NCBI GenBank assembly: GCA_016184345.1
Contig: JACPCV010000005.1
Location: forward strand, 4,634 to 68,633
DNA: 64,000 nt
Reading direction: 5' to 3'
DNA from: Candidatus Woesearchaeota archaeon
Lineage (GTDB): Archaea; Nanobdellota; Nanobdellia; Woesearchaeales; UBA10216
A program made the translations under genes and the position numbers. The notes under the pieces are model-generated. The model did no database searches, had not been told where the DNA came from, and worked only from the letters and a program-made list of their open reading frames with translations. Below, piece by piece: positions 1 to 8,956 of this stretch; positions within the stretch are counted from its first letter, which is position 1, and each line of letters starts with the position of its first letter.

Positions 1-1
1 G

Positions 2-1324
2 GTGGCTTTAGCTGCGCTGCTGTCGGGCCCTGCGGTTTTAGGCGCGGTTTCTCCTCCCGGTTCTTCAGGATGCCAGTTGCAAGGGGATCATTACAGTTGC
101 GGCGGCAGCGGTTCTGGTGCTTTTATCTGTGATACTCACGGCGTTAATTCAGGCAATGGCGGCACTGGTATGTGTGATGATGCGTGCGGCGCTTCCTTGA
201 GTTGTGATGGGAGAGCGCCGGGTTCTGCCACTGGCACTTGTAATCTGAACACAGGGCAGGTGCAGTACTGTAATGCTGATTGCCAAGTAACTGGCGGCAG
301 TTGCTCGGGTTCGTGCGGCGCTTCTTTGAGTTGTGATGGGAGAGCTCCTGGTTCTGATTCAGGGTATTGTAATACTCTAACTCACAGGGAACAGTACTGT
401 AGTTCTTCCTGCTTGCTTTATGATGCTGTTTGCGGGCCTTGGAGCTGTGGGGGTTCTGCGAGCTGTACTGGTTATGCTCCTGGAAGTGATCCTGGCTTTT
501 GCTACAACCCCACTCACAAGAAGCAGACCTGCGGCAGCGCTTGCGAGCTTGTTACTGCTACAACCTGCACGAGCGGTGTGTGCGGGGCAGAGTGCAGCAG
601 CGGCGACCTTGTAAGCACAGGCTGTCCTGCAGGGCAGAGAAAGAGCTGTGATACTTCAACTTGCAAGTGGGGAAGCTGTGAAGTTGCAGCTGGTGGCCTG
701 TCTCCAACGTGCACCGATGAGACAGTCAAGGGCGGTTGTTCTGTAACTAAGCCGAAGTATTGTGACAACAGCCTTAGCCTTGTTAATAATTGCGGCGCTT
801 GCGGTTGTCCTTCGGGGCAGGCTTGTCAGGCTGATGGGACATGTGGAGCTACTGCGCAGGTGTGTGCTCCTAATGCTGTTGTGAGCCACAGCTGCAGCAG
901 TTGCGGGATTGCTTCTGAGACTGTGTGCAATGCTGATGGTACTGGGACTGGTTTAACGGCGTTTGTGGCTGATTCTTCCTGTACGGTAGGGTGTCCTTCT
1001 GCTGCGAGTTGTGCGGGTGTTGAGCTTGATGACAGTCAGGGGTGTTGTGTGGCTTCTGGTTTTGAGTGGGTGAAGAGTGGGGAGCGTGATGCTGGGGCTG
1101 CTCCTGCTGTTTTTACTGTTCCGAGTTGTGGTGTTCATGATTGGAAGAAGTCAGATTTGGGTGGTGTGGGTTCGCTGCTTGGAGGCAAGCTTGACGTTGC
1201 CAGCGTGGCTGCGCTTGGGAAGGCGTATTATGCTGTGTTGTCTACTGCTGTTGAGAATAAAGGTTTCACGACTGTGAGGGTTAGGAGGACCAGCACTGTT
1301 GGTAATTGCGCGCTTGGCTTTTGA
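2..1324 (+). CDS. Cys-rich secreted/surface protein, segment 1 (start probably just outside the window; apparently frameshifted into 1306..2025)
   Basis: Signal-peptide-like N-terminus (ALAALLSGPAVLGA), very high Cys/Gly/Ser, repeats CG(A/G)S(L/A)SCxG(R/Y)APGS; ends in T4 run GGCTTTTGAAC where one extra T would join the next ORF. Confidence 0.7.
   Translation: MALAALLSGPAVLGAVSPPGSSGCQLQGDHYSCGGSGSGAFICDTHGVNSGNGGTGMCDDACGASLSCDGRAPGSATGTCNLNTGQVQYCNADCQVTGGSCSGSCGASLSCDGRAPGSDSGYCNTLTHREQYCSSSCLLYDAVCGPWSCGGSASCTGYAPGSDPGFCYNPTHKKQTCGSACELVTATTCTSGVCGAECSSGDLVSTGCPAGQRKSCDTSTCKWGSCEVAAGGLSPTCTDETVKGGCSVTKPKYCDNSLSLVNNCGACGCPSGQACQADGTCGATAQVCAPNAVVSHSCSSCGIASETVCNADGTGTGLTAFVADSSCTVGCPSAASCAGVELDDSQGCCVASGFEWVKSGERDAGAAPAVFTVPSCGVHDWKKSDLGGVGSLLGGKLDVASVAALGKAYYAVLSTAVENKGFTTVRVRRTSTVGNCALGF
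184..356 (+). repeat. Intragenic direct repeat (2 x 44 nt, 184-227 and 313-356) encoding CGASLSCDGRAPGS
   Basis: GTGCGGCGCTTC(C/T)TTGAGTTGTGATGGGAGAGC..GGTTCTG seen twice; third diverged copy at protein level (CGGSASCTGYAPGS). Confidence 0.85.
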
Positions 1325-2025
1325 ACGGTGCTGTTTACGCTTATCAGGCTGATGCTTCTTCTCTTAGTGGCGGTTCAAAAGTTGGCAGTGCTTCTGTTGC
1401 TGTGAGTGGTAGTAGCATTGGCTTGTTTGATTTTTGGGTTGATAAGGATGGTGTGGAGTATGTTTATGTGAAGGATAATCGTGAGCAAGTGTTTGATGAT
1501 GATGGCGACAGCCAGCTTTCTGGCTGTGGGGTGGGTAGTGGTGTTTATTCTTCTAAAAAGGGGTTGATTGCGCCTTGGCCGAGGATGGTTGTTGATTTTT
1601 ATGGTTGCGCTGGCAGCTTCTGGGGCGGTCCTGTTATTGCCAGGGAGGGTGGGAAGAGCTATTACGTTTGGGGTGAGGAGGTGAATAACCGGAATTCTGT
1701 GCCGGATCCGCCTTTCGTTAGTGCTTACGTTGTCAGGGTTGCGGTGAAGGGCGGAGGGGCGTCCCAGCTTAATACTGTAGGGAGAGCAAATGGAATTAGC
1801 ACAATTCATGAGGCGGTGGTTAAAGGCGGCCTTGGTGCTGCTGTTGTTAACGGCGTGGTTTATTACTCTTACATAGCTTCCAGTAGCCAAAGCAGCGGGG
1901 TTAACATTGCCACTTTTAACCCTGCGAACAGCGCTGACGGCGTTGCGTTCGGCAGCAGTATGAGCGGTTATGCTTCTGGTAGCACTAGGCTTGTGAGCAG
2001 GCAGTCCTGTGGCTGCTGTTGGTAG
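1306..2025 (+). CDS. Surface protein segment 2 (Ser/Gly/Val-rich, beta-rich); no convincing own start
   Basis: Overlaps segments 1 and 3 in other frames; same composition. Confidence 0.55.
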   Translation: MRAWLLNGAVYAYQADASSLSGGSKVGSASVAVSGSSIGLFDFWVDKDGVEYVYVKDNREQVFDDDGDSQLSGCGVGSGVYSSKKGLIAPWPRMVVDFYGCAGSFWGGPVIAREGGKSYYVWGEEVNNRNSVPDPPFVSAYVVRVAVKGGGASQLNTVGRANGISTIHEAVVKGGLGAAVVNGVVYYSYIASSSQSSGVNIATFNPANSADGVAFGSSMSGYASGSTRLVSRQSCGCCW

Positions 2026-3202
2026 TGGCTTTGTTGTTGGCAGGCCGGGTTTTGCTCAGGTTTCCTGCAGCGGCGGTCAGGAGGAGTTGAGTCAGAAGGT
2101 TGCGAGCAAGAACGTGATTGACACTCAGTTTCAGGATAGCAAGGGTGAGAGGAAGGCAACAACCAAGCTTCTTCCGAATGAGGAGAGGTGTTTTGGTGAT
2201 GATTTGAATGAGCAGTTTTTTGTGAGAACTAGGGATTGCAAGGTTGGAGCGTGTGCAAGCAGCTTGTTTGATAGGGTGTTGTGTGATAAGCAGAGTGATT
2301 GTGTTTATGCTGGGAAGTGTTACTCTGATGTTAAGTTGGTGGCGTCAACTTTTTTCAGTAATGATTTGGCTGGCGTGTGGGGTTCGAATTGGAAGAGTGA
2401 GGTAGGTGCTGATGTGCATGGTGATGGGAAGGTTGAGTTTTGTGATCCGGGGCAGTGGCAGAACCCGGCAGGGGCAGTGGCTGGAACAGTAACTGATTCC
2501 GCCACAGCCGCTTCAATTGGCGGGGCAGCGGTGAACTTGGTTGGAACGCCTCCGAACCAGGCAACGGCGTATTCGGCCACGACTGCAGCAGACGGAACTT
2601 ACATGGTAAGCAGCGTTGATGCTTTTACTTATGATGTGACAGCGTCAAAGTCCGGCTACGTTGATGTTGTGAAGGCAAATCAGCCTGTGCAGCCTTTCCA
2701 GACGAATGTTGTTGATTTTCAGCTTTTGCTGGCGGCTGGGAATGTTGTTGGCACGGTCAGGAACTTTACTAATGAGCCGGTTGGGGGAGCAACAGTGAGG
2801 CTGCTTGGCACTGGTTTTGCAGCTGTGACCGCGGCAGATGGAACATACCTGATAAGGAACGTTCCGATTGGCGCGTATGATATTTCAGTAAGCAAGCCGG
2901 CTGATGGCTACAGTGATGCTACAGCGCTTGGCGTTGAGCTGGTATCCGGGGCAGTGACTGTTGACTTTACTATCCTGTTAAGTTTGGGAAGCTGTACGAA
3001 TGACTGCACAAAGGCAGGCTCGAACATTTGTGATGCAAGCTGCAACGGTAAAGGCTCGTGCAAGTTCTACAGCGAAGAAACAAAGCAGGCTTGTGATGGC
3101 ACTTTTGGCATCATTGGTCTGTCAGGGGGGAGGCAGGTTAGCTGCTGCAAGGGCCAGCCGTATACTCCAATTAAGGCTGATGTACCGGACAATAAGCCTT
3201 AG
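2009..3202 (+). CDS. Surface protein segment 3 with two carboxypeptidase-regulatory-like (Ig-like) domains and Cys-rich tail
   Basis: Two repeats G.V.GTV......IGGA.V.L....TAADGTY.......YD...SK..GY. Confidence 0.7.
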   Translation: MAAVGSGFVVGRPGFAQVSCSGGQEELSQKVASKNVIDTQFQDSKGERKATTKLLPNEERCFGDDLNEQFFVRTRDCKVGACASSLFDRVLCDKQSDCVYAGKCYSDVKLVASTFFSNDLAGVWGSNWKSEVGADVHGDGKVEFCDPGQWQNPAGAVAGTVTDSATAASIGGAAVNLVGTPPNQATAYSATTAADGTYMVSSVDAFTYDVTASKSGYVDVVKANQPVQPFQTNVVDFQLLLAAGNVVGTVRNFTNEPVGGATVRLLGTGFAAVTAADGTYLIRNVPIGAYDISVSKPADGYSDATALGVELVSGAVTVDFTILLSLGSCTNDCTKAGSNICDASCNGKGSCKFYSEETKQACDGTFGIIGLSGGRQVSCCKGQPYTPIKADVPDNKP

Positions 3203-3253
3203 CCTAATACTATGATTATTTTTATAGCGGTTCTATAGGTCTTTTAGGAATGC

Positions 3254-3261
3254 TTTTATAT
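3254..3261 (+). promoter_or_regulatory. Archaeal TATA box for the structured RNA at 3283
   Basis: TTTTATAT about 25 nt upstream of the closing stem; a second TTTTTATA near 3473 can serve glmS. Confidence 0.5.
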
Positions 3262-3282
3262 GCGGCTGCCTTGCTTAGTTGC

Positions 3283-3469
3283 AAGGCGGCATGCAGAATA
3301 ATGCTTCTGGAGCCCAAGTCGAGATACGCTCGACTGGGCTCAGTCAGCCGTAAAGCTGACTAGAGCCTCAACACCTCATGACCTTCTTAAAAAGAATGTC
3401 ACCGGAAAGGTGACATCCTTCGGCTATTAGCCGAAGTAAGGTCAATCAAGAAACTATGCATGCCGCCTT
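3283..3469 (+). ncRNA. Unidentified highly structured RNA (~185 nt)
   Basis: 13-bp closing stem AAGGCGGCATGCA/TGCATGCCGCCTT enclosing hairpins 3310-3341, 3342-3361 (GUAA-type loop), 3396-3416 (GAAA-type loop), 3418-3436; no ORF. Confidence 0.65.
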
Positions 3470-3511
3470 AACTTTTTATATACGCTGTCTTTTCGGGTTG
3501 TGTGAGTCAAC

Positions 3512-5320
3512 ATGTGCGGAATAAGCGCTTACATTGGCAAGAAGGATGCAGCGGGTGTTGTTCTTGAGTGCCTGAAGAAGCTTGAGTACAGGGGCTATGA
3601 CTCCTGGGGCATTGTTGCGCTGAGAGGCAGCACTGGCAGCAGCCCAGGCAGCTCGTTTTCCGTAATAAAGCGGATTGGCAAGATAGGCGGCGTAAACAGC
3701 AGCTACCTGAAGGAAGCCATAGGTGAGGACAGCCGCATTGCCATAGGCCACACCAGGTGGGCAACCCACGGCGGGGTAACAGAGCAGAACGCGCATCCCC
3801 ACTTTGACTGCAAAAAGCAGTTTGCAGTAGCCCACAACGGCATTATTGAAAACTACCAGGAACTGAAGGAAGGCCTCCTGGCAAAAGGGCACATCTTCTC
3901 ATCGCAAACGGATACAGAGATAATCCCGCACCTTATTGAAGAAGCGGCGACCACAGCAAAGGATTTTCCCGAAGCTGTAAGGGAGGCTTCCAAGCTGCTT
4001 AAGGGGAAATCAGCGTTTGTTGCAGTCAGCGCCTCGCTGAGCCAGATAGCGGTTGTAAGGAAGGGTTCTCCCCTGATTATAGGCGTGAATGAGGGCGATA
4101 ACAGCGAGTTCTATGTTGCATCAGACATCAACGCATTCCTTGAATACACGAACAAGGTCATGTACCTTGATGACAATGAGCTGGCGGTTATTGATGGCGG
4201 AGTGAAATTTTTTAGCATTTCAACAGGCAACGAGGTTGCGAAGAGGGTTGTCCAGATAGACTGGCACCCGGGAACAGCCCACAAGGGCAGCTACAACCAT
4301 TTCCTGATTAAGGAGATAATGGAGCAGAAGGACACGCTTGCCAAGGCAATAAACCAGGATGACGTGAAAATCCTGACTGTAGCTGAGCTGATAAAGAGCG
4401 CCTTCGGGACATTTTTTGTTGGCTGCGGCACAGCCGGCAAGGTCTGCATGGCAGGTGAGTACCTGTTTTCCAAAATAGCGCGGAAGCACGTCAATTCTGT
4501 TGTTGCATCGGAGTTCTCCAACTACCAGCACTACCTGACAAATAAGACGCTGATGGTTGCAATCTCGCAAAGCGGCGAGACAGCTGACGTCCTTGAGGCG
4601 ATTGACACAGCCAAGTCAAAAGGAGTAAAGGTGATATCGCTGCTCAACGTGTTCGGCTCCACAATGATGAGGGTAAGCGATGACTTCTTCATGGTCAACG
4701 CCGGAGCTGAGCGTGCGGTAGTAAGCACAAAGGCAACCACAGCCCAGCTTGCCGTGCTGACCCTGCTTGCTTACGCTACGGCAGGCAAGCTGCAGGAGGG
4801 CAAGCTGCTCTTAATAAACGCTTCAGCAGCAGTCAATGACATGCTCAACCCGCGGTATGACGAGCACATAAGAAAGCTCGCTGGGCTTCTTGCAGTAAGG
4901 AAAGAGACCTTTATCATCGGCCGCGGCCTGAACTACCCGATTGCACTGGAAGCAGCAATAAAGCTGCAGGAAACATGTTACATGCACGCCCAGGGCTTTG
5001 CAGGCGGGGAGCTGAAGCACGGGCCGCTTGCGCTTATTGAAGAAGGCACGCCATGCATAGCCATCGTTGCGAATGACGAGACAAAAAGTGACATCATAAG
5101 CAACGCAATGGAGGTAAAATCCAGGGGCGGCTTTATAATCGGAATTTCCCCCCAGAACAATGAGGTGTTTGACTACTGGCTCAGGGTTCCAGATGCGGGC
5201 AACGCCAGCCCGATAGTCAACATAATACCTGTTCAGATACTCGCCTACCACCTCGCGGTTTTGAAAGGGTGCGACCCGGACTACCCCCGCAATCTGGCAA
5301 AAAGCGTGACGGTGAAGTAA
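3512..5320 (+). CDS. glmS: Glutamine-fructose-6-phosphate aminotransferase
   Basis: MCGI N-terminus, LEYRGYDS, GHTRWATHG, SQSGETAD, GELKHGP, PRNLAKSVTV. Confidence 0.98.
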   Translation: MCGISAYIGKKDAAGVVLECLKKLEYRGYDSWGIVALRGSTGSSPGSSFSVIKRIGKIGGVNSSYLKEAIGEDSRIAIGHTRWATHGGVTEQNAHPHFDCKKQFAVAHNGIIENYQELKEGLLAKGHIFSSQTDTEIIPHLIEEAATTAKDFPEAVREASKLLKGKSAFVAVSASLSQIAVVRKGSPLIIGVNEGDNSEFYVASDINAFLEYTNKVMYLDDNELAVIDGGVKFFSISTGNEVAKRVVQIDWHPGTAHKGSYNHFLIKEIMEQKDTLAKAINQDDVKILTVAELIKSAFGTFFVGCGTAGKVCMAGEYLFSKIARKHVNSVVASEFSNYQHYLTNKTLMVAISQSGETADVLEAIDTAKSKGVKVISLLNVFGSTMMRVSDDFFMVNAGAERAVVSTKATTAQLAVLTLLAYATAGKLQEGKLLLINASAAVNDMLNPRYDEHIRKLAGLLAVRKETFIIGRGLNYPIALEAAIKLQETCYMHAQGFAGGELKHGPLALIEEGTPCIAIVANDETKSDIISNAMEVKSRGGFIIGISPQNNEVFDYWLRVPDAGNASPIVNIIPVQILAYHLAVLKGCDPDYPRNLAKSVTVK

Positions 5321-5364
5321 AGTTTATATAGAAGTAGTTATACTTAGTTATACTGGGTGATAAC

Positions 5365-5589
5365 ATGCTGGAATGCGAAGGCGTAGCAAAGAAATGGGGC
5401 AATTCAATAGGGTTAATAATCCCGAAAGAAGTGGCTGAGAAAAGGGGGATAAAAGAGAACTCCAGAGTTCGTTTCGCCATACTGGAGAATACCGGCGTCG
5501 GGAGTAGGATTTTTGGCATCCTGAAAGACTGGAAAGAACCCACCAATAAAATAATCCGCGAAATGAGGAAGGACGGCTGGGATGAATAG
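5365..5589 (+). CDS. AbrB/MazE-fold antitoxin (VapB-like)
   Basis: KKWGNSIGLIIPKE AbrB signature; overlaps downstream PIN gene; AGTTATACT direct repeat in promoter. Confidence 0.88.
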   Translation: MLECEGVAKKWGNSIGLIIPKEVAEKRGIKENSRVRFAILENTGVGSRIFGILKDWKEPTNKIIREMRKDGWDE

Positions 5590-5947
5590 CTACTTCTTCG
5601 ACACCTATGCCATTATAGAAATGGTTAAAGGTAATCCGGCGTATGAACCATACAAAAAATCCTCAATTGTGATTTCCTCACTCAATCTTGTAGAGTGCCA
5701 TTACCATATAACAAGAAAATTCGGGCTGCATTTAGCCAATCAGCTGCTGCAGGAGCTGTCGAACTGTGTAATAAGCTTCACGAATGAAGATGTTAAAGCC
5801 ATGACGCAATTCAGAACTGCGAATATGAAGAAGGACTTGTCATTTCCTGATTGTCTTGGTTATGTATTAGCCATGAGAAACGGGCTGAAATTCCTGACCG
5901 GAGACGAAGGCTCCCGCAATATGCCGAATGTGGAGTTCGTGAAATGA
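5582..5947 (+). CDS. vapC: PIN-domain toxin (VapC-like)
   Basis: FFDTYAIIE, LSFPDCLGY, LTGD PIN acidic motifs. Confidence 0.88.
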   Translation: MNSYFFDTYAIIEMVKGNPAYEPYKKSSIVISSLNLVECHYHITRKFGLHLANQLLQELSNCVISFTNEDVKAMTQFRTANMKKDLSFPDCLGYVLAMRNGLKFLTGDEGSRNMPNVEFVK

Positions 5948-6588
5948 TAAAGGCGGTTATTTTCGACTGGGATGGCGTACTTGTTGACACAGAAGGTTGC
6001 TGGGTAACAGCCGACAAGAGAATGCTTGCTGAGCATGGCATTGGCTATGATGGCGGTAACAGGCACCTTCTCACAGGCAGAAGCCAAAAAGAAGGCGTGC
6101 AATTCTTCATAGAAAAATATGGCTTGCCCCTTGATGTTGAGAAAGCAATACGGCTTAGGTTAGCAAAGCTTAGGGAAATCTATGCTGCAGTTGGCAATGT
6201 GCTGATGCCTGGAGCGCTTGAACTAATAAAAAATGTCAAGACAAAGGGAGTAAAGCTTGCAATAGCTTCTGGCAGCAGCAAGGAAATACTTGAGTTCTTA
6301 GTTCGAAAGCAAGGCATTTACGACTACTTTGACTATGTTGTTTCAACTGATGCCGTCAAAAACGGCAAGCCTGCCCCGGATGTTTATCTTTTTGTTGCAA
6401 AAAAACTAGGAGTGCTGCCAGCTCACTGTATGGTGCTTGAGGATTCAGAAAGCGGAGTGAGGTCAGCCAAGGCAGCAGGTATGTACTGTATAGCGGTTCC
6501 AAACAGCTATACGAAAAGCCAGAATTTTTTAAAGGCAGACAAGATTATCAGCAGCTTGAAGGAATTAAGCTCGGAAGATTTTAAATGA
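5944..6588 (+). CDS. HAD-superfamily phosphatase (beta-PGM/CbbY-like)
   Basis: DWDGVLVDTE, GKPAPDVY, EDSESG; ATG 5944 overlaps vapC stop (ATGA). Confidence 0.92.
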   Translation: MIKAVIFDWDGVLVDTEGCWVTADKRMLAEHGIGYDGGNRHLLTGRSQKEGVQFFIEKYGLPLDVEKAIRLRLAKLREIYAAVGNVLMPGALELIKNVKTKGVKLAIASGSSKEILEFLVRKQGIYDYFDYVVSTDAVKNGKPAPDVYLFVAKKLGVLPAHCMVLEDSESGVRSAKAAGMYCIAVPNSYTKSQNFLKADKIISSLKELSSEDFK

Positions 6589-6659
6589 GAAAGGCGTGAA
6601 TAACGAAAACAATAAAAACAGTGCTGAATTCAGCAAAATTTATCTGAGGGGGATGAAAA

Positions 6660-7322
6660 ATGGAAATCTTCATTGACACAGCCAACATTGATGAAATAAA
6701 ACAGGCGAATGACTGGGGAATCCTTGACGGGGTAACAACCAACCCCAGCCTTGTTGCAAAGGAAAAGGACAAGGGCAAGGACTTCAAGGCAATAGTGAAA
6801 GAGATATGTGAGATAGTGCACGGCGATGTCTCTGCAGAGGTTGTCGCAGTTAAATATGAAGATATGCTTCATGAAGCAAGAATCCTCGCCAAAATCCACA
6901 AGAATGTGGTTGTCAAAATACCGCTCACACCAGATGGCCTGAAAGCGGTGAAGGCGCTTGCCAAGGAAGGCATAAGGGCTAACGTGACGCTGTGCTTCTC
7001 AGCAAACCAGGCGCTCCTTGCTGCTAAGGCCGGGGCATACATAATCAGCCCGTTCGTCGGAAGGCTTGATGACATCGGCCAGGATGGAGTGCAGCTGGTT
7101 GAGGAGATAAGGCAAATCTACGACAATTATGACTTCAAGACAAAAATACTCTTCGCTTCTGTCAGGCATGCTGACCATGTGAAGCAGGCAGCGCTGCTTG
7201 GGGCTGACATTGCAACAATCCCCTTCAAGGTGCTTGAGCAGCTGTACAGGCACCCTCTCACTGATGTTGGCCTGAAGCAGTTCCTTGACGACTGGGCAAA
7301 GCTGGGGCAACAGATAAAATAA
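6660..7322 (+). CDS. tal: Transaldolase (short TalC/FSA family; Glu/Phe residues of the transaldolase type)
   Basis: [20 protein letters not shown] (Glu), [14 protein letters not shown] (Phe). Confidence 0.93.
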   Translation: MEIFIDTANIDEIKQANDWGILDGVTTNPSLVAKEKDKGKDFKAIVKEICEIVHGDVSAEVVAVKYEDMLHEARILAKIHKNVVVKIPLTPDGLKAVKALAKEGIRANVTLCFSANQALLAAKAGAYIISPFVGRLDDIGQDGVQLVEEIRQIYDNYDFKTKILFASVRHADHVKQAALLGADIATIPFKVLEQLYRHPLTDVGLKQFLDDWAKLGQQIK

Positions 7323-7324
7323 AA

Positions 7325-7621
7325 ATGGACAACTTCCCCGCGGAAGCGCAAAAAGTGGCTGTCGCTGCCGCCAAGGAAGCCGGGAAAATAATTCTAAATT
7401 ATTATGAAGCCAACATGAAAGTCAGCACTAAACAGGGGAATCCGCGAAACCTCGTTACAGCCGCAGACAAAGAGGCAGATGCGCTTATAATCCGGGAAGC
7501 CGGAGGTACAGTAACAGACCCTGATGGCAGAGAATGGGAGCCTGAGTCAAAAGGAGTGATTGCAGCCAGCTCAGCGAAAATAGCTGAACAGCTGCTTGCA
7601 AAGGTCAAGGATGCCTTATGA
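7325..7621 (+). pseudogene. Inositol monophosphatase/FBPase family gene with large internal in-frame deletion
   Basis: N-terminal AAKEAG..LVTAADKEAD fused via ALII to C-terminal REAGGTVTD; catalytic DPxDGT region absent; 98 aa. Confidence 0.75.
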
Positions 7622-8955
7622 CGACGACAAAACTATTCGGCACAGACGGCATAAGGGGAACACCGGGCGAAGAGCCCCTCACTTCTGAAAGCATCAAGAG
7701 GATTGCTGGCGGCTTTGCAACTTTAATCAGGAAGATGGCAAATGGAAAAAAGAACCCGTCTGTCGTTTTAGGAAAAGATACAAGGGCATCATGCGCCATG
7801 ATTGAGCAGGCAATTGTTTCAGGGCTTACTGATGTTGGCGTAGACGTCCAGCTGCTTGGAGTGCTTCCGACAGCGGCTGTCGCTTACCTTACAAGGCATC
7901 TGAAATCTGGCGGAGGGATAATGATTTCCGCAAGCCACAACCCTTCAGATGAAAATGGCATCAAGCTTTTCACGCAAACTGGTGAGAAGCTAAGCGAAAA
8001 GGAAGAGAGGTTTGTAGAGGATAATATTGGCACCAGGACAGAGAGAAGCCGCAAAGGCATTGTAATGACCGTGGCAAAAGCAGAAGCCGAGTACCTTGCC
8101 TTCCTGGCAGATTCCGCAGGAAAACCTAAGCTTAACGGCCTGAATGTTGCCATTGATGCCGCAAATGGCGCGGCTTACAAGGTGGCTGGCATTTTTACAG
8201 CCCTCGGAGCTGCAGCCACACTAATCAACAACAAGCCGGACGGCAACAACATCAACAAGGATTGCGGCGCACTGCATCCGCAGCAGCTGCAAAAGGAAGT
8301 TGTCGCAGCAAAGGCATCGTGCGGAATAGCTTTTGATGGTGACTCTGACAGGCTCATTATGGTGGACGAAAAAGGCAATTTAGCTGATGGTGACGCAATA
8401 ATACTTGCCCTTGCCATGCACATGATGAAAAATGGCAGGCTTAGCAAGAACGAGGTTGTCGTCACAGAATACACTAATACAGCCTTTGATGACGAGCTTG
8501 CGCTGATTGGAGTAAAAACAGTCAGGGTGCAGAATGGGGATAAGTATGTCTACGCGGAAATGAGAAAGCACGGCTACAGCCTTGGCGGAGAGCAGTCCGG
8601 GCACATTATCATAGGAAACAATACCACAGGGGATGGCGTCCTTGCAGCCATTCATATGCTTGCGCTGCTAAAGGAGTATGGCTCGCCCTTTTCCAAGCTC
8701 ACCGAATTCACCAAAAAACCGCAAGCCTTAATAAATGTGGAAGTGAAGGAGAAAAAAGAGCTAAGTACGCTGCCACTAACATCAGCCGCAATCGCCGAAG
8801 CAGAGAAGAGGCTGCAGCAGCTGAAAGGGCGCTCGCTCATAAGGTACTCAGGCACGCAAAACATGCTCAGGATAATGCTGGAAGGAAACAACAGGGAAGA
8901 AATACAAAAACTTGCTGAAGAAATAGCAGCAGCGGCTAAAAAAGAGCTGAACTAA
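7618..8955 (+). CDS. glmM: Phosphoglucosamine mutase
   Basis: LFGTDGIRG, ISASHNP, FDGDSDR, GGEQSGH, RYSGTQ. Confidence 0.95.
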   Translation: MTTTKLFGTDGIRGTPGEEPLTSESIKRIAGGFATLIRKMANGKKNPSVVLGKDTRASCAMIEQAIVSGLTDVGVDVQLLGVLPTAAVAYLTRHLKSGGGIMISASHNPSDENGIKLFTQTGEKLSEKEERFVEDNIGTRTERSRKGIVMTVAKAEAEYLAFLADSAGKPKLNGLNVAIDAANGAAYKVAGIFTALGAAATLINNKPDGNNINKDCGALHPQQLQKEVVAAKASCGIAFDGDSDRLIMVDEKGNLADGDAIILALAMHMMKNGRLSKNEVVVTEYTNTAFDDELALIGVKTVRVQNGDKYVYAEMRKHGYSLGGEQSGHIIIGNNTTGDGVLAAIHMLALLKEYGSPFSKLTEFTKKPQALINVEVKEKKELSTLPLTSAAIAEAEKRLQQLKGRSLIRYSGTQNMLRIMLEGNNREEIQKLAEEIAAAAKKELN

Positions 8956-8956
8956 A

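Noticed and set aside
3283-3469. RNase P or SRP RNA
   Set aside because: No GAGGAAAGUCC/P4 partner and no SRP helix-8 CAGG..GGAA..AGCA motif on either strand.
3283-3469. MITE with 13-bp terminal inverted repeats
   Set aside because: No target-site duplication and no transposase in the window; the dense internal structure with GNRA-like loops fits an RNA better. Not fully excluded.
3283-3511. glmS ribozyme upstream of glmS
   Set aside because: Lacks the AGCGCC...GACGAGG core, and glmS appears to have its own TATA near 3473, after the structure.
6660-7322. Fructose-6-phosphate aldolase call
   Set aside because: Has Glu (SAEV) and Phe (SPFVGR) at the positions that are Gln and Tyr in FSA.
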